Below, in pieces: positions 26,870-37,514 of a DNA stretch of 64,000 nucleotides. Source of the DNA: Macrostomum lignano (taxonomy: Eukaryota). The stretch covers positions 1-64,000 of the forward strand of contig NIVC01003947.1 of the NCBI GenBank assembly GCA_002269645.1, given 5' to 3'. The number at the start of each line of letters is the position of its first letter. The first letter of the stretch is position 1. The notes beneath the pieces are model-generated. The model was not told where the DNA came from, made no database searches, and saw nothing but the letters and a program-made list of their open reading frames with translations. Made by a program: the position numbers and the translations under genes.

Positions 26870-27009
26870 GTGAGTGATGTGAAGCTTAATTTCTTGCATC
26901 AGCGGGGATTTCTGTAGCGGATTCCAATTTTTGCTTCAGGTGAATTACGAGTAAATGCTTTTAGTACGCCACGCTTTGGGTGCGTCATATTGATTGAATT
27001 CATACTGAA

Positions 27010-27153
27010 TTCGAATATGGGAGTAGCTTTTACTGATGGATTTCGAATATGGGAGTAGCTTTTACTGATGGATTTCGAATATGGGAGTAGCTTTTACTGA
27101 TGGATTTCGGATATGGGAGTAGCTTTTACTGATGGATTTCGGATATGGGAGTA
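27010..27153. repeat. 32-bp tandem repeat (GAATATGGGAGTAGCTTTTACTGATGGATTTC), about 4.5 copies, abutting the Polinton left end
   Basis: Directly visible; the last copy is cut at GGAGTA exactly where the TIR begins. Confidence 0.95.
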
Positions 27154-28029
27154 AGTAGTAGTATGTTATAAGGGGCTGCGCCACACTTATCGCTCGGGCG
27201 CATTGCGCGCCAGCTCGCTGGATGACTCAGCCCCTTATAACATACTACTACTACTACCGGGAGGTCATAGTTGCAAGTGTGTGTGTGATAAATATAAAAA
27301 TATATAAATATACATATATCTGTGAGTGAGGGTGTTGAGGGTGAGGGCATGTGGGGGCATTGGCCTGTGGTATATTTCACAGAACACAGATTTTCCGGAA
27401 TTTTTATACTTTTTAAAAAGGGGGGTGCCCTCGCCCTCATGCCCTCACTCATTTTGAAAATCACTAAAAACAGGTGAAAAATGACTAAAAACAGGTGAAA
27501 ATGGTCTGAAAACAGCGATTTTTTGTAATTTTAAAAAATTTTGAAAAAGTGCAATTTTCACGATTCCAGCTCTAAAACCATGAGAAAGGTTGGATTCACG
27601 GGTCAATTTAATGCAATTTCAGGTATATACAATATGAAAGTGTCATCCAATTCAACGATAGTAATATATATATATATATATAAAATGGCCTTCAGTAAAC
27701 CATTATTTCTAGGAAATGCTTTAGATATTCAGTCAGCTATAACAAAACTGCCACTTGTCAACTCTGCAACAATGAAAAGCAGCACTCAACATTTCTATTG
27801 GCTTGCTGAAACATGAATAAATTCTGATGCAGATTTTGCACAATAGAATTACTTCTGAATTGCAAAATAAAATTCTCCTTCACCCTGTGGGACTGAATGT
27901 ATTCGAATTGTAGACAGCATTGTTATCACGATGACTAAGAATCATGGCTTCTTCCATATCTTCATCACCTCTGTCTTCTATTCTCTCTGACTCACTTAAA
28001 AACCCTCCAGCATCATGCAAAGAATTAAA
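27154..28029 (+). repeat. Left terminal inverted repeat of the Polinton
   Basis: Imperfect reverse complement of 44553-45411; homology ends at ...CAGCATCATGCAAAGAATTAAA. Confidence 0.95.
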
Positions 28030-28206
28030 ATACTCGCAGTAAAATACAATCTACCACTCATGGCACAGGCAGGAAGAGGCACAGGCTCTAAAGGCGACAG
28101 GCGCAAATGTAGCGAAAATTAAGAAGACAAAGTGTAATGCTAAAGTTGGATTATCTATAGAAATTTGCCCAAAAGAAAGCAAAAATGTTAAATTTTCTTA
28201 GAAAAA

Positions 28207-28550
28207 ATGGAAGCTAATAACCCAAATGTTCGAAATCCTCTGCCACAAAAATACTATGATTCTATTATAAATTTCTCTCAAATAAAAACACCCACTCGAA
28301 AGGCTCGACTAATTGAAGAAATTGATAAAGCTTACGATGAATATAAAGCAGAAATATTAAAACACAGCGATTGTAAATGCCCCCATATTTGTATTCATTC
28401 AGAGTATATCTTGCACATGTTGATAAATGGGCATTGATTTCGAGACAGCACATAAGGAATGATGAATTTTTCGTCATGCTTAAGTTGAACATTTTCAAAC
28501 TCCCCATAACCCTTGAGAAGTACATTGAAACTGATGAATTATATTGTTAA
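28207..28550 (+). pseudogene. Polinton hypothetical protein, probably frameshifted near 28430
   Basis: 76-aa ORF with AAAAAATG start and viral-like composition; an open +1/-1 frame continues (HVDKWALISRQHIRNDEFF...) to about 28550. Confidence 0.45.
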
Positions 28551-28566
28551 ATTTATTTTAAATAAA

Positions 28567-31023
28567 ATGGAAAGAAAAAATCAAAACGATTCAAGTTTCT
28601 CTCCTGTGATCGTACAGGATCCGCTTCAAAACCATGATGCCCCACCACCAAGATTGACAAATTTAAAACAAACAAAATCGTACGATAAACTAATTAATCT
28701 CTATGGAGAACTTAATTTTATATTCGGAGTTGCAGTATAACATGGAATAGTAAAACAAAGAAAAAAATACCATCAGGAATGCCAACCAAAGCAGATAGGA
28801 ATTCAACCTCCCACCATTTCGACCAGAGGTAGACAACATGATTTGGATAGATACTAGAAACTCAAATATAACCGTAATCGATATTGATAATGCTGACCTA
28901 TGCCCTGGTTGAATGAACTGTGTATGACTCATTGTGATTGGATTGTTCAGACAAACAAGGGACACCACTTTTACTTTAACAAGGTAGATGGATTGAAAGT
29001 AACGATTCAACAAAGTGTGGGTTTTGATATTCCAGCTTAGTATTTGCTCCACCAGGTTTCTATTATGTCGATGGTGAAATTAGGGAATACAAACGTATAA
29101 AGCCCGAAAGGTTAATAGACATGCCAGATGTAATTTTGATGAGATAAATAGATTAATTAAGCCACAGGATAAAAATGAAATCCAAGAACAAGATAAACAG
29201 GCACTAAAAAGCACCGTTCCATCACCCAGTTGTGAAGGAGTTTCAAAGTTGTTAAGTATAATACAACACAAAAACCAAGACTATGATTCTTGGTACAAGG
29301 TAGCACTTATACTCCGCGACATAGACAGTGGTGATGAAATGTACAAAGTATTCACTGATTGGTCAAAAGTAAATTATGATAAGTTCGATTCCGAATCATG
29401 TAAAAATGTGTGGAATAGCACCAGTACCAGCTCTGCTGATGCACAGGACAGACTTACTATCGGTACACTAAAGAAATGGGCTAGTGAAGAAAATTATTGT
29501 AAATATAAGGAATGGAAAAGCAAATATGATTACTATGGTAGGATTGAGTATCTTGATGATAATTTCACTGACGTTAACATAACCAACTTTGTTTATGAAT
29601 ATAAGAAGAATAATATAATTTACAATAGCGATGGTGTTTACTATTTTGATGATGATAAGTGGAGAGAACTAAGTAGTATAAATGACATATTTCTTAAAAT
29701 ATCACACCTTGTCAGCAGTGAGTTAAACCACCGAAAGACTAGACTCGAAATTGCAATTAAGAAGGCGGCTGATGATAAAGAGAAGTTAAAAGCACTTGAA
29801 AAGAAACTACAGAGTACAATGAAGAATATAAATTCAATACAAGGAGCCAACAAACTCAAACAGGTAACTACTTTGTTCAAAGAGAGGTTTACTAACAATG
29901 AAATTGAATTCGACATGAAATGGAATTTGCTAGGGTTTAACGATGGAGTATATGATCTCGCTACAGGTGAGTTTCGCGAGTATAGATATGACGATTACGT
30001 TACTAAATCGGTGGGATATAATTACTCGGATGTACTTAGAGTGAGTGATGACGACTATGACTTCATTGTTAATCTGCATAACCAAATTCATCCCGATCCA
30101 GAAAATAGAAAAGTTGGGAATCCGTTATAGCCACAGCTCTAATGGGTAAGAATGTTGAAAACTTTATAATGTTTGATGGCGCTGGTGGAAATGGCAAGGG
30201 GTTGAGGACAACCTACTTCTTAGAACTCTAGGATCTGATTATGCAGCACCACTGAGTCCTGATGTTTTGAATTCACCAATAAGAATAGACAGGCCACAAC
30301 CAGCCCTAGCACAAATTAATAAAAAGAGGTTGGTTATCAGTCAAGAAGTAAGTGGTGTCTTGAACAATGCATCAATAAAATTACTAACTGGCGGTGGGGT
30401 TATCCAAGCTAGAAATTTATATTCAAGCCAGTGTAATGTCGTTTTACACGCAACCCTAATAGTCGAATGCAACAACAAGCCTGACTTTAGACAAAATATT
30501 GGAGATGCAGAAAAAAGACGAATTATAAATATTAATTACCCATGTAAATATACAACAGATACCGACATCATTGATCCTGAGAAACACACTTACAAGGCCG
30601 ATCATATTTAAAAGTGAGGAGTTTAAGACTAAATATAAGTTTGCTGAGATGAAAAACCTACTAGAAATTTTCAAGCAAACAAAGGGTGAAATATATCGAT
30701 CGAAAAGCGTAATTGAAAACACTAATGAATTCATACAAAATTGTAATTGGTTTTCTCACTTCTTTGAAGAGAATTATGAATTTTTAGAAACTGAGGAAAA
30801 AACATTTATGCTTATTAGAGAAATTTACACTGCCGCAACAGAGAGTGAATACTATAGGACTCTAGCCCAACGTGAGAAACGTGAATTCCAACAACAATAC
30901 ATAACAGATTTCTTCAAGAATCACAAAGACTATTGTAAGTATTATAAGGATAGATATAGGCGTAGGATAGATGGTAAACAGCAAGAAACTAGAAATATTC
31001 TGTTTTACTGTGTAAAAAAATAA
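28567..31023 (+). pseudogene. Prim-Pol (AEP) + PriCT-2 + D5_N + SF3 helicase primase-helicase, multiply frameshifted
   Basis: ITVIDID (28868-28888), TNKGHHFYF (28951-28977) and VFAPPG in shifted frames; DYDSWYKVALIL...FTDWSKV.YDK (PriCT-2-like); LLGFNDGVYDL...YVTK (D5_N); Walker A GAGGNGKG (30178-30201); KRLVISQE; LIVECNNKP. Confidence 0.88.
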
Positions 31024-31044
31024 ACGAAGATGTTATCAATGAGA

Positions 31045-34000
31045 TTACATTGGCTGATGAGGAATAGATCTGATAGGATCCAAATAATATCTTTTATCAT
31101 CTAACGGACTCATTGTTTGTTTCATAATCTCACGAATATATATTTTATTTTTTTCAGATACAGTCATACTTACTCTACCTCTTTGAATATCTTTGTAATC
31201 TGTCAATAGTATGTTTTTAAATGTTTCAAACTTTATATTTGTACTGCCTTTATCAACTCCCTTGATCTTAACACACTCCCTGAAACTGTAGTGAAAGCAT
31301 ACTCCTTTGACCGCAGGAATACAGCTTCGGAAATTATTGAGCCATTCATTTCATCTTTCAACTTTCCAATGACTTTCTTGTTCGTCTCGGAGTATAGTGG
31401 ATGCTCTGTTGGATAATCCGATGTGTCTAAGTGTTCTTTAATTTTTTCAAGATCCTCATAAACATCCTGAGTAATCACTGAGAATATTAGCGAATCACAA
31501 TCAGAATAGTGCAATTGACAGCTGTTCCAATTCTTCTCAATAACATTGTAATAGCAATCGTACATTAGCATTTTTGCATAATCCAGAATAGCCATTCCTA
31601 AATAAATTGGCTTGTCACACGCAATTGTCTTTTTGTACATTTGGACACCAACTGCATCCTCACTAAACATAATGAAATCTTTGAAATTTGGTTTAGAAAA
31701 ATAACGCCTTGCAGTTTTTTCTTCAGCTACAAGATGAAAGTTCGACCTATTCTTTACATTTTCGATTGTTTTACCGTAGAATGAGTTGTTTAGTAGTTTC
31801 CACAGGTCTTTCTCAAATTTAGTTTTTGCTTCCATTCTCCGCCTGGTATTAAATTCGATGTATTTACTCAACCAGTTTGATTCTTTGAATGAAATAATTC
31901 TATGAACTCTCATAACTCGCATGCCCATCTTCTCATAAAACTCAAGTAGTCTGTGATGTAAAACATATTTCTCCTTGTTGTAAAATGTCAACATCAACTT
32001 GGATTGAACAAACTTTTTCTTTTCGACTTCGATATTGCTTCTGTATGTCAGATAAATCCTCAAATCTAGTTGTTCGTTTCTCAGGAGCCAGTGGATATTT
32101 ACTTGTAGCTTTCTTACATTCCTCTGTATATTCAAGGTCAACTTCAAGAAAACAACCCCTGCCATTAGGAATATTCTTGTGATACTCTAGATCATTTTCA
32201 AACTTGAAATCTCCCACAGGTAGATTTTTCATCATTGCTTCACCATATAAATTATTCTTGTCCAAGTATAGCATGTACGACGATTCAGAATTGCTGTCAT
32301 AATTTCTAAATACTTGTTATTCATTTTTTTATATCGATCTCCAAGAACTCCAGAGAAACCGCCGCGAATACCACTTTCTACCATGGATATCATTTCTTTA
32401 TCACCAAGTAATTCCAATTCCACATTAGTATATTTCAACCCACATGCCCACGATAATCCAGAAAGGGAAAAGCAATACGCAGGATCTATCTTGAAATATT
32501 TCAAAAATGTTGATCGAAACTTCTCAAAAGCATTGACAAATGAGTAAATCTTTCTAATTACTGCTGTTGTATCACTGGGTGGCAAATATTTTATTTCTTC
32601 TTCAGAGAGTGTAAATGGTGGTTCCAAAAACCTAGATCCATCTAAAAACACAACACCACTGGTATAATTCCCCAACTTAATTGCAACATGGTCTTCCGAT
32701 GTTTTAGAAATAAAATCCAATATATATTTTTTATTATTCATTCGTGTTAATGGAGCTATCAAATAGTTTAGATCTTTTCCAGATTCATTCAGAGAAACAA
32801 CGGTACTGTTTGATTCGCCTTGCCCTCCTTGGTATTACATGATTGACATGCTGCGCCGCGATATTTACCATTGTAGTGATTATGCTCTCGAATTTTTTTA
32901 CTATTACAAATGGCCTTGAGCAGAGAAAACATTGTTCTGCCGCTTTGTAATCAGTCTCTTCGACATCACTTAAACTTGGATGTTTATATCTATCCATTTC
33001 ATTTTTTATATGCTCAAACTTTTTGATTACGGTTTCAACGAATGATTCCACTGTAGTATTTGAAATAATATCTGATTTTATAATGTCCTCATAGTCGGAA
33101 CTAGTAAAAAGTGTCCATTGTGATAGCTCTAGTGATTTATCATCCATCGTTACATAATCTAATATTGCATAAAACACAAATGGTTTTCTTACACTCATGT
33201 GGTAGTTTTTAAACTTTAATATCCTCTTATCAATCTTTGGAACTTCAATTGACACTTTGAAGTCAGTACAGATTGCTTTATGATTATCCAGTGCATCCTG
33301 GGAGTATTTAACTTGAAGACACTTTCGACAAAGAAAAACCCTGTTGTAATTTTGGGACGTGAGGAATAAACACAAGTCTGTTATTAAACAATAATGATTT
33401 TTGACAAGTAGTAAATCAATAACATTGGGGTTGTCGTAATCTTCTGTCAGACGAATAGAATATATTGACTCTTTAGTATTTATATCCCTTAATCCAAACA
33501 CATTTATATGAAGACTGTTCAACTTTTCAATCTCAGAGATATCTCGAATGTCCACTGGAAATTTAACGTCTCCTAAGTTTATTTCATTTATATACTGTGT
33601 ATACTTACCAACTCTATATCTATGTTCCTTCACAGGATGGAGCTTTGCTAAAATAGACCAGAGAAAGCACCTATTGTCTGTAGTGTTCTTAACATTTACT
33701 AATGCGTTTGATTTAATTGGAATTGGAATATAAGTTCCTCCTTTCAACTGATTAATGCCAACAACTTTCAACACAATCTTTACTAACTTAACAAAATAAT
33801 ATCCCGATCCCCTTTCATTAAAACTATCCTTCCATCCATCGAATTCATCCAGAACATCCTGAATTGTACTTTCTATACTAGTTTCCACTTGGAGAAGATT
33901 TAACAAAGTTCGATACTTTGAATGATATTGGAACTCAATCCAACTGTCGGTAGTTCCTTTATAAAATTCTGCGACAAAGGAAATTCTGTATTTTATTGAA

Positions 34001-34107
34001 TCTCTAGCCATCAAATATTCGGAAAGAATTGGGGAGATTAAACCGCGAATTTCTTCAACGGAGTCGAGATCAAATTCATAAGAGGCCGCTGGTATTTTCC
34101 TTTCCAT
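31045..34107 (-). pseudogene. Protein-primed family B DNA polymerase (pPolB) with endonuclease VII-like insert, about 5 frameshifts
   Basis: Motifs YLDKNNLYG, KLLNNSFYGK, YSDCDS, KIKGV and C-terminal SPLDDKRY..P in shifted frames; N-terminal GGTYIPIP...DNRCFLWSIL typical of animal Maverick pPolB; CFLC...REHNHYNGKYRGAACQSCN at about 32835-32940. Confidence 0.95.
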
Positions 34108-34131
34108 TTTTAAGAAAAAAATTAAACAGAC

Positions 34132-34871
34132 TCAAGCATAGGGGGGTGCACTTGGAGCATTTGATTGAAGATTGAGTGTTGCCGAGTACTCTTTTGGCTT
34201 ATCAGCTAGACCCAATTTTTCTCTCAGATCTTTCTCCAGCAGTTCCTTTTTAATTTTTTCCTTCGCTGAATTACCAAGTCTACTCTCTTTGAGGATTTTA
34301 TCAACGACTTCCGAATGGTTAACTTCTTCAGGCGCAACACAGGCGTCTAACAATTGGTCTCTTTTCTCTCTGTATTCTGAATAAATTGCAGCAGCTGCTT
34401 GAACCTCTTCAAGAGTTAATCTATAATCATCAACTGCTTTTTGGGAGTAAATATACAATCTCTCTCTGTATTGATTTGCCAGATCTCTGAGAAAAATGTA
34501 TTTTGCCTTCTGCTTTTGGCAATGAATTTTCACAGTTGCAAACAACGACGTGGATTTTACAGCTTCAAAACCACTCATTGCCCCGATTACTACTCCAATA
34601 ACTAAGGGATTCAATGTCAGTATCGATGTTGCTATGCCAATTCCTGTAGCAGCCAAGAGACTTACATTTCCTGTCACAATGTTGATCCAATTTATCCTGC
34701 TACTTTGTCGTTTGTACTTTTTACCTTTTTGCTATAAATTGTAAGATCTTTAGTAATGCATTCAATACTGCCTTTGATTTCACCCTTTCTCTGATTGAAA
34801 TAGTCCCGCTCCCTCAAATCTGCTTCATGCAGCTCAACCACAGGATAGATGTGTTCATTTTTTTCATTCAT
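34132..34871 (-). pseudogene. Polinton membrane-associated protein (hydrophobic hairpin, C-terminal PSAPPY), one frameshift near 34715
   Basis: Start ATAAAAATG at 34871 (MNEKNEHIYP...), shift into KKYKRQSSRINWINIVTGNVSLLAATGIGIATSILTLNPLVIGVVIG; resembles the conserved hydrophobic protein of animal Mavericks (possibly the one called GasderminX; unverified). Confidence 0.65.
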
Positions 34872-34873
34872 TT

Positions 34874-36283
34874 TTATGTGGCGATTATGTCTAAAATCGG
34901 ATAAAGTTGAAAGCCTGAAACTATAAGAACAGTTGATCCTTCAGTGGTTGAATTAATATGCACTCTATAAACAGAGAATTTTTCGGTGGAAGCTACTTCG
35001 AAATACTTCATCACTCCAGGAACTAAACCAGCGTTTTCGGTAGAAAAAATATTCTTAAAGTCTCTCTTGTTATTGCTTCCTTTCAGAATAAAAATTTTTG
35101 GTTGATTTTTTATAATTTCACTACCCACTGCTTTGGTTCCTTTCAACCCGAATTTCCAAATTCGAATGGACTCGGGAAGTTGTACTTCAATGTAAGAATT
35201 GGGTTCATTCCTCGATGCCCATTCTGAATTAGATACTACATAACCCCAATTATCTGACGTTTCAAATGCTCCTGATGACGCTACATTGAAACCCCTTTCT
35301 CTATAGTTTTGACGTGTTGCTAGTGGGGGAATATATCCTGTATAAGATTTGAAACCTAGTCCCCGCCTTAGTCGCAGCTCCACTGATTCAAGTGCATTGT
35401 CTACGTATAGCTTTGGTACAGCTTGAAGTCTATCTATAGGCCACACTAAATCATTAACCACTGTTTGTCTCTCAAGTAATTCAACTTTTGTAAGCTTTAC
35501 GGAACCAGAAAAATTAAGAGAATAATGGAAATAATATGAGGGATTGGGTATTTTTTTCCTAAGATGTGCATTGCCTCTTCGTAGTTCAATGGGTGCACTT
35601 TGTTCAACAGGTGTCCAGTTTGTTCCATTTAGGCTCACACTAACAGACCAACCAGGCCACACCTCTCCTTCCAACTTTATCTCTACAACTTTCCTAGCTC
35701 TTTTCAGAAATTGAACTCGTATCCACTTGTCTGAGTCATCTACACTGCTCCATTCTGAAGCTGGGTTTGAATCTGCAACATGATATGCTGCTGAAGAGTT
35801 ATGAGAAGCGGTCACTTTCATGTCAGGATGGGAAGCGTTTGAAGTCAGTAATGAAAGAATATTGACTAATTTCGAACTCTCTGTACCTCCCGCAGTACCT
35901 TGCCTTTCTGCTAACAAAGTGTCAATCTCAGTTTTAGAATACATCTTAGTGTCAATCTCAGTTTTAGAATACATCTTAGTGTCAATTTCGGTTTTAGAAT
36001 ACATCTTAGTGTCAGTTTCGGTTTTTGTGTAGACATTGTTTACGCGCCCATGAGCATCGTCAATTAATTGTAGCATGGTGATATTCATTGCGTCACTATC
36101 TTCCTTTGAATAAGAGTCTGAAACATTTCTCTTTGCTAACAATAAATTATCTATTTCCTCTCTCTTATATCCTTCATTTTCATTGATGTATCGATCATCA
36201 GCTAACGCTATTGTTATTCCAGGTGCTATATCATTTGAATTTGACGAGTAACCAAATTGATTGGCAGTATTCTTGTAACTCAT
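34874..36283 (-). CDS. Putative fiber/receptor-binding protein: YSKTEIDTK repeats plus two discoidin (F5/8 type C)-like domains
   Basis: Intact 469-aa ORF; 4 repeats of (K)TE(I/T)DTKMYS; SEWSS..WIRVQF..VVEIKL..VSLNGTNWT and SEWAS..YIEVQLP..IWKFGL..LKGSNN..YRV patterns. Confidence 0.65.
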   Translation of the reverse strand: MSYKNTANQFGYSSNSNDIAPGITIALADDRYINENEGYKREEIDNLLLAKRNVSDSYSKEDSDAMNITMLQLIDDAHGRVNNVYTKTETDTKMYSKTEIDTKMYSKTEIDTKMYSKTEIDTLLAERQGTAGGTESSKLVNILSLLTSNASHPDMKVTASHNSSAAYHVADSNPASEWSSVDDSDKWIRVQFLKRARKVVEIKLEGEVWPGWSVSVSLNGTNWTPVEQSAPIELRRGNAHLRKKIPNPSYYFHYSLNFSGSVKLTKVELLERQTVVNDLVWPIDRLQAVPKLYVDNALESVELRLRRGLGFKSYTGYIPPLATRQNYRERGFNVASSGAFETSDNWGYVVSNSEWASRNEPNSYIEVQLPESIRIWKFGLKGTKAVGSEIIKNQPKIFILKGSNNKRDFKNIFSTENAGLVPGVMKYFEVASTEKFSVYRVHINSTTEGSTVLIVSGFQLYPILDIIAT

Positions 36284-36711
36284 TTTAATTGCTGCAAAAT
36301 TTCATTATAGCTATCTCCTTTATCGATTCGGTGTAAAAAGTACAGCGACATTTGACCACAAAATTTCTTATCAAAAGTTTGAATTTGTTCTTCCATGTCT
36401 CCACATATTCTATTCTTTGTGTGATTAAACTTTTCCATAATTTCCAGTGTGGGCGGTAGTGCATAGGAATCAAAAAAATAAACCTTATCAGGAGCTGAAA
36501 ATATAGCTGAATGATGTATACCCCGTTCTTTCGAAGTGTGAATATTTGTCATAAAGTAACCATACTGTGGTAAATCAACAATTTCATCTCTCATGGCATA
36601 GCGAAATGGTTTTAACTTGAGATATTTTGCCCAATTTATCAGATCAATATTAGTCGTAGTGTCAGTCCCAAACTTTTGTTTAAATGCATTCCATGTCTCA
36701 GCTTCGCTCAT
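36280..36711 (-). CDS. Adenain-like (C5) cysteine maturation protease
   Basis: GIHH (catalytic His region), YFFDSY, QIQ....FCG; start at TTAAAAATG 36711. Confidence 0.92.
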   Translation of the reverse strand: MSEAETWNAFKQKFGTDTTTNIDLINWAKYLKLKPFRYAMRDEIVDLPQYGYFMTNIHTSKERGIHHSAIFSAPDKVYFFDSYALPPTLEIMEKFNHTKNRICGDMEEQIQTFDKKFCGQMSLYFLHRIDKGDSYNEILQQLK

Positions 36712-36720
36712 TTTTAACAC

Positions 36721-37512
36721 TCATATTTGTCGTACGTGTAGATTTATAAATATTTCCTCGCCATCAAAGTCGTATAGAACACCAGACTCATCTTCGATGA
36801 CAAAGTCGAATGTGCTCAACATGTTTGTAGTTAGTGGTAGGTACACAGGATTTGCAGGCTCTTGAATAATTTTACTTCCCATTGGGACAGAGAACGATGG
36901 AATTGAAAGAAGTATTTGCTTATCAATTAAATGATTTCCATTGGCTGGATCAGTGATAAAACCCCCTTTGATATTGAGACAACGAACCATGATCGCACTT
37001 CTAGCTCCGTCTATCCGAGCTGGATTTGGAGCTCTCTCAAATGGTTTCAAATACACTTCCGAATTGAATCCCAACAGTCTTCTAAAGTTATTGGAATGTG
37101 CATCCCTGAAATCAACTTGATACTCTGTGGCTAACCGTAACTCAACTCTACGCGTGTCTAGGCTTGCACTGAAGACAATAGCTCCCTCTTTCCAATCATT
37201 TGCAGCTGTTAGCAATCTTTGAATCTCACTTGACAGACTTTTAACTTCCCAAGATCCTGCTTGAATCTTTATTTTCTTCCATGTTCTACCACTATCCCTC
37301 GAGTATCGCAACTCATTATTGCCTCCTTCAATATTGTTAATAGCATCAAAGACTGCAAACTTTTTTATACCAGCTTCGTATTCTCGATCTTCATACAAAT
37401 TTATAGGAGTGCCTAGAGTTTGTCGAAATGGGTTTTTAATTGAAAAGAAGTCAAATGTGCGTTGAAACTTTTTACTCAAGAGGATGTTGACTTTTTCTAT
37501 TTCTTTTTCCAT
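36721..37512 (-). CDS. Minor capsid protein (penton, single jelly-roll)
   Basis: Intact 263-aa ORF next to the protease; LLGF, I.VRC..I, EP.NPVYLP and I.DE.G..YDF.GE.I...LH patterns typical of Polinton minor capsid proteins. Confidence 0.85.
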   Translation of the reverse strand: MEKEIEKVNILLSKKFQRTFDFFSIKNPFRQTLGTPINLYEDREYEAGIKKFAVFDAINNIEGGNNELRYSRDSGRTWKKIKIQAGSWEVKSLSSEIQRLLTAANDWKEGAIVFSASLDTRRVELRLATEYQVDFRDAHSNNFRRLLGFNSEVYLKPFERAPNPARIDGARSAIMVRCLNIKGGFITDPANGNHLIDKQILLSIPSFSVPMGSKIIQEPANPVYLPLTTNMLSTFDFVIEDESGVLYDFDGEEIFINLHVRQI

Positions 37513-37514
37513 TT

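Larger units (their letters stand above)
1..27000. repeat. Tandem segmental duplication, about 3.5 diverged units (approx. 1-9580, 9580-13200 truncated, 13200-24860, 24860-27000 truncated)
   Basis: The same blocks recur in the same order. Examples: AAAGTTCTAGCTAAAGTTTTCCACC-like block at ~357, ~13567, ~25215 (diverged at ~9705); signal-peptide exon at 1931, 15221, 26796; 5400-7700 nearly identical to 19470-21730; 8620-9580 matches 12230-13200 and 23330-24860. Confidence 0.92.
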
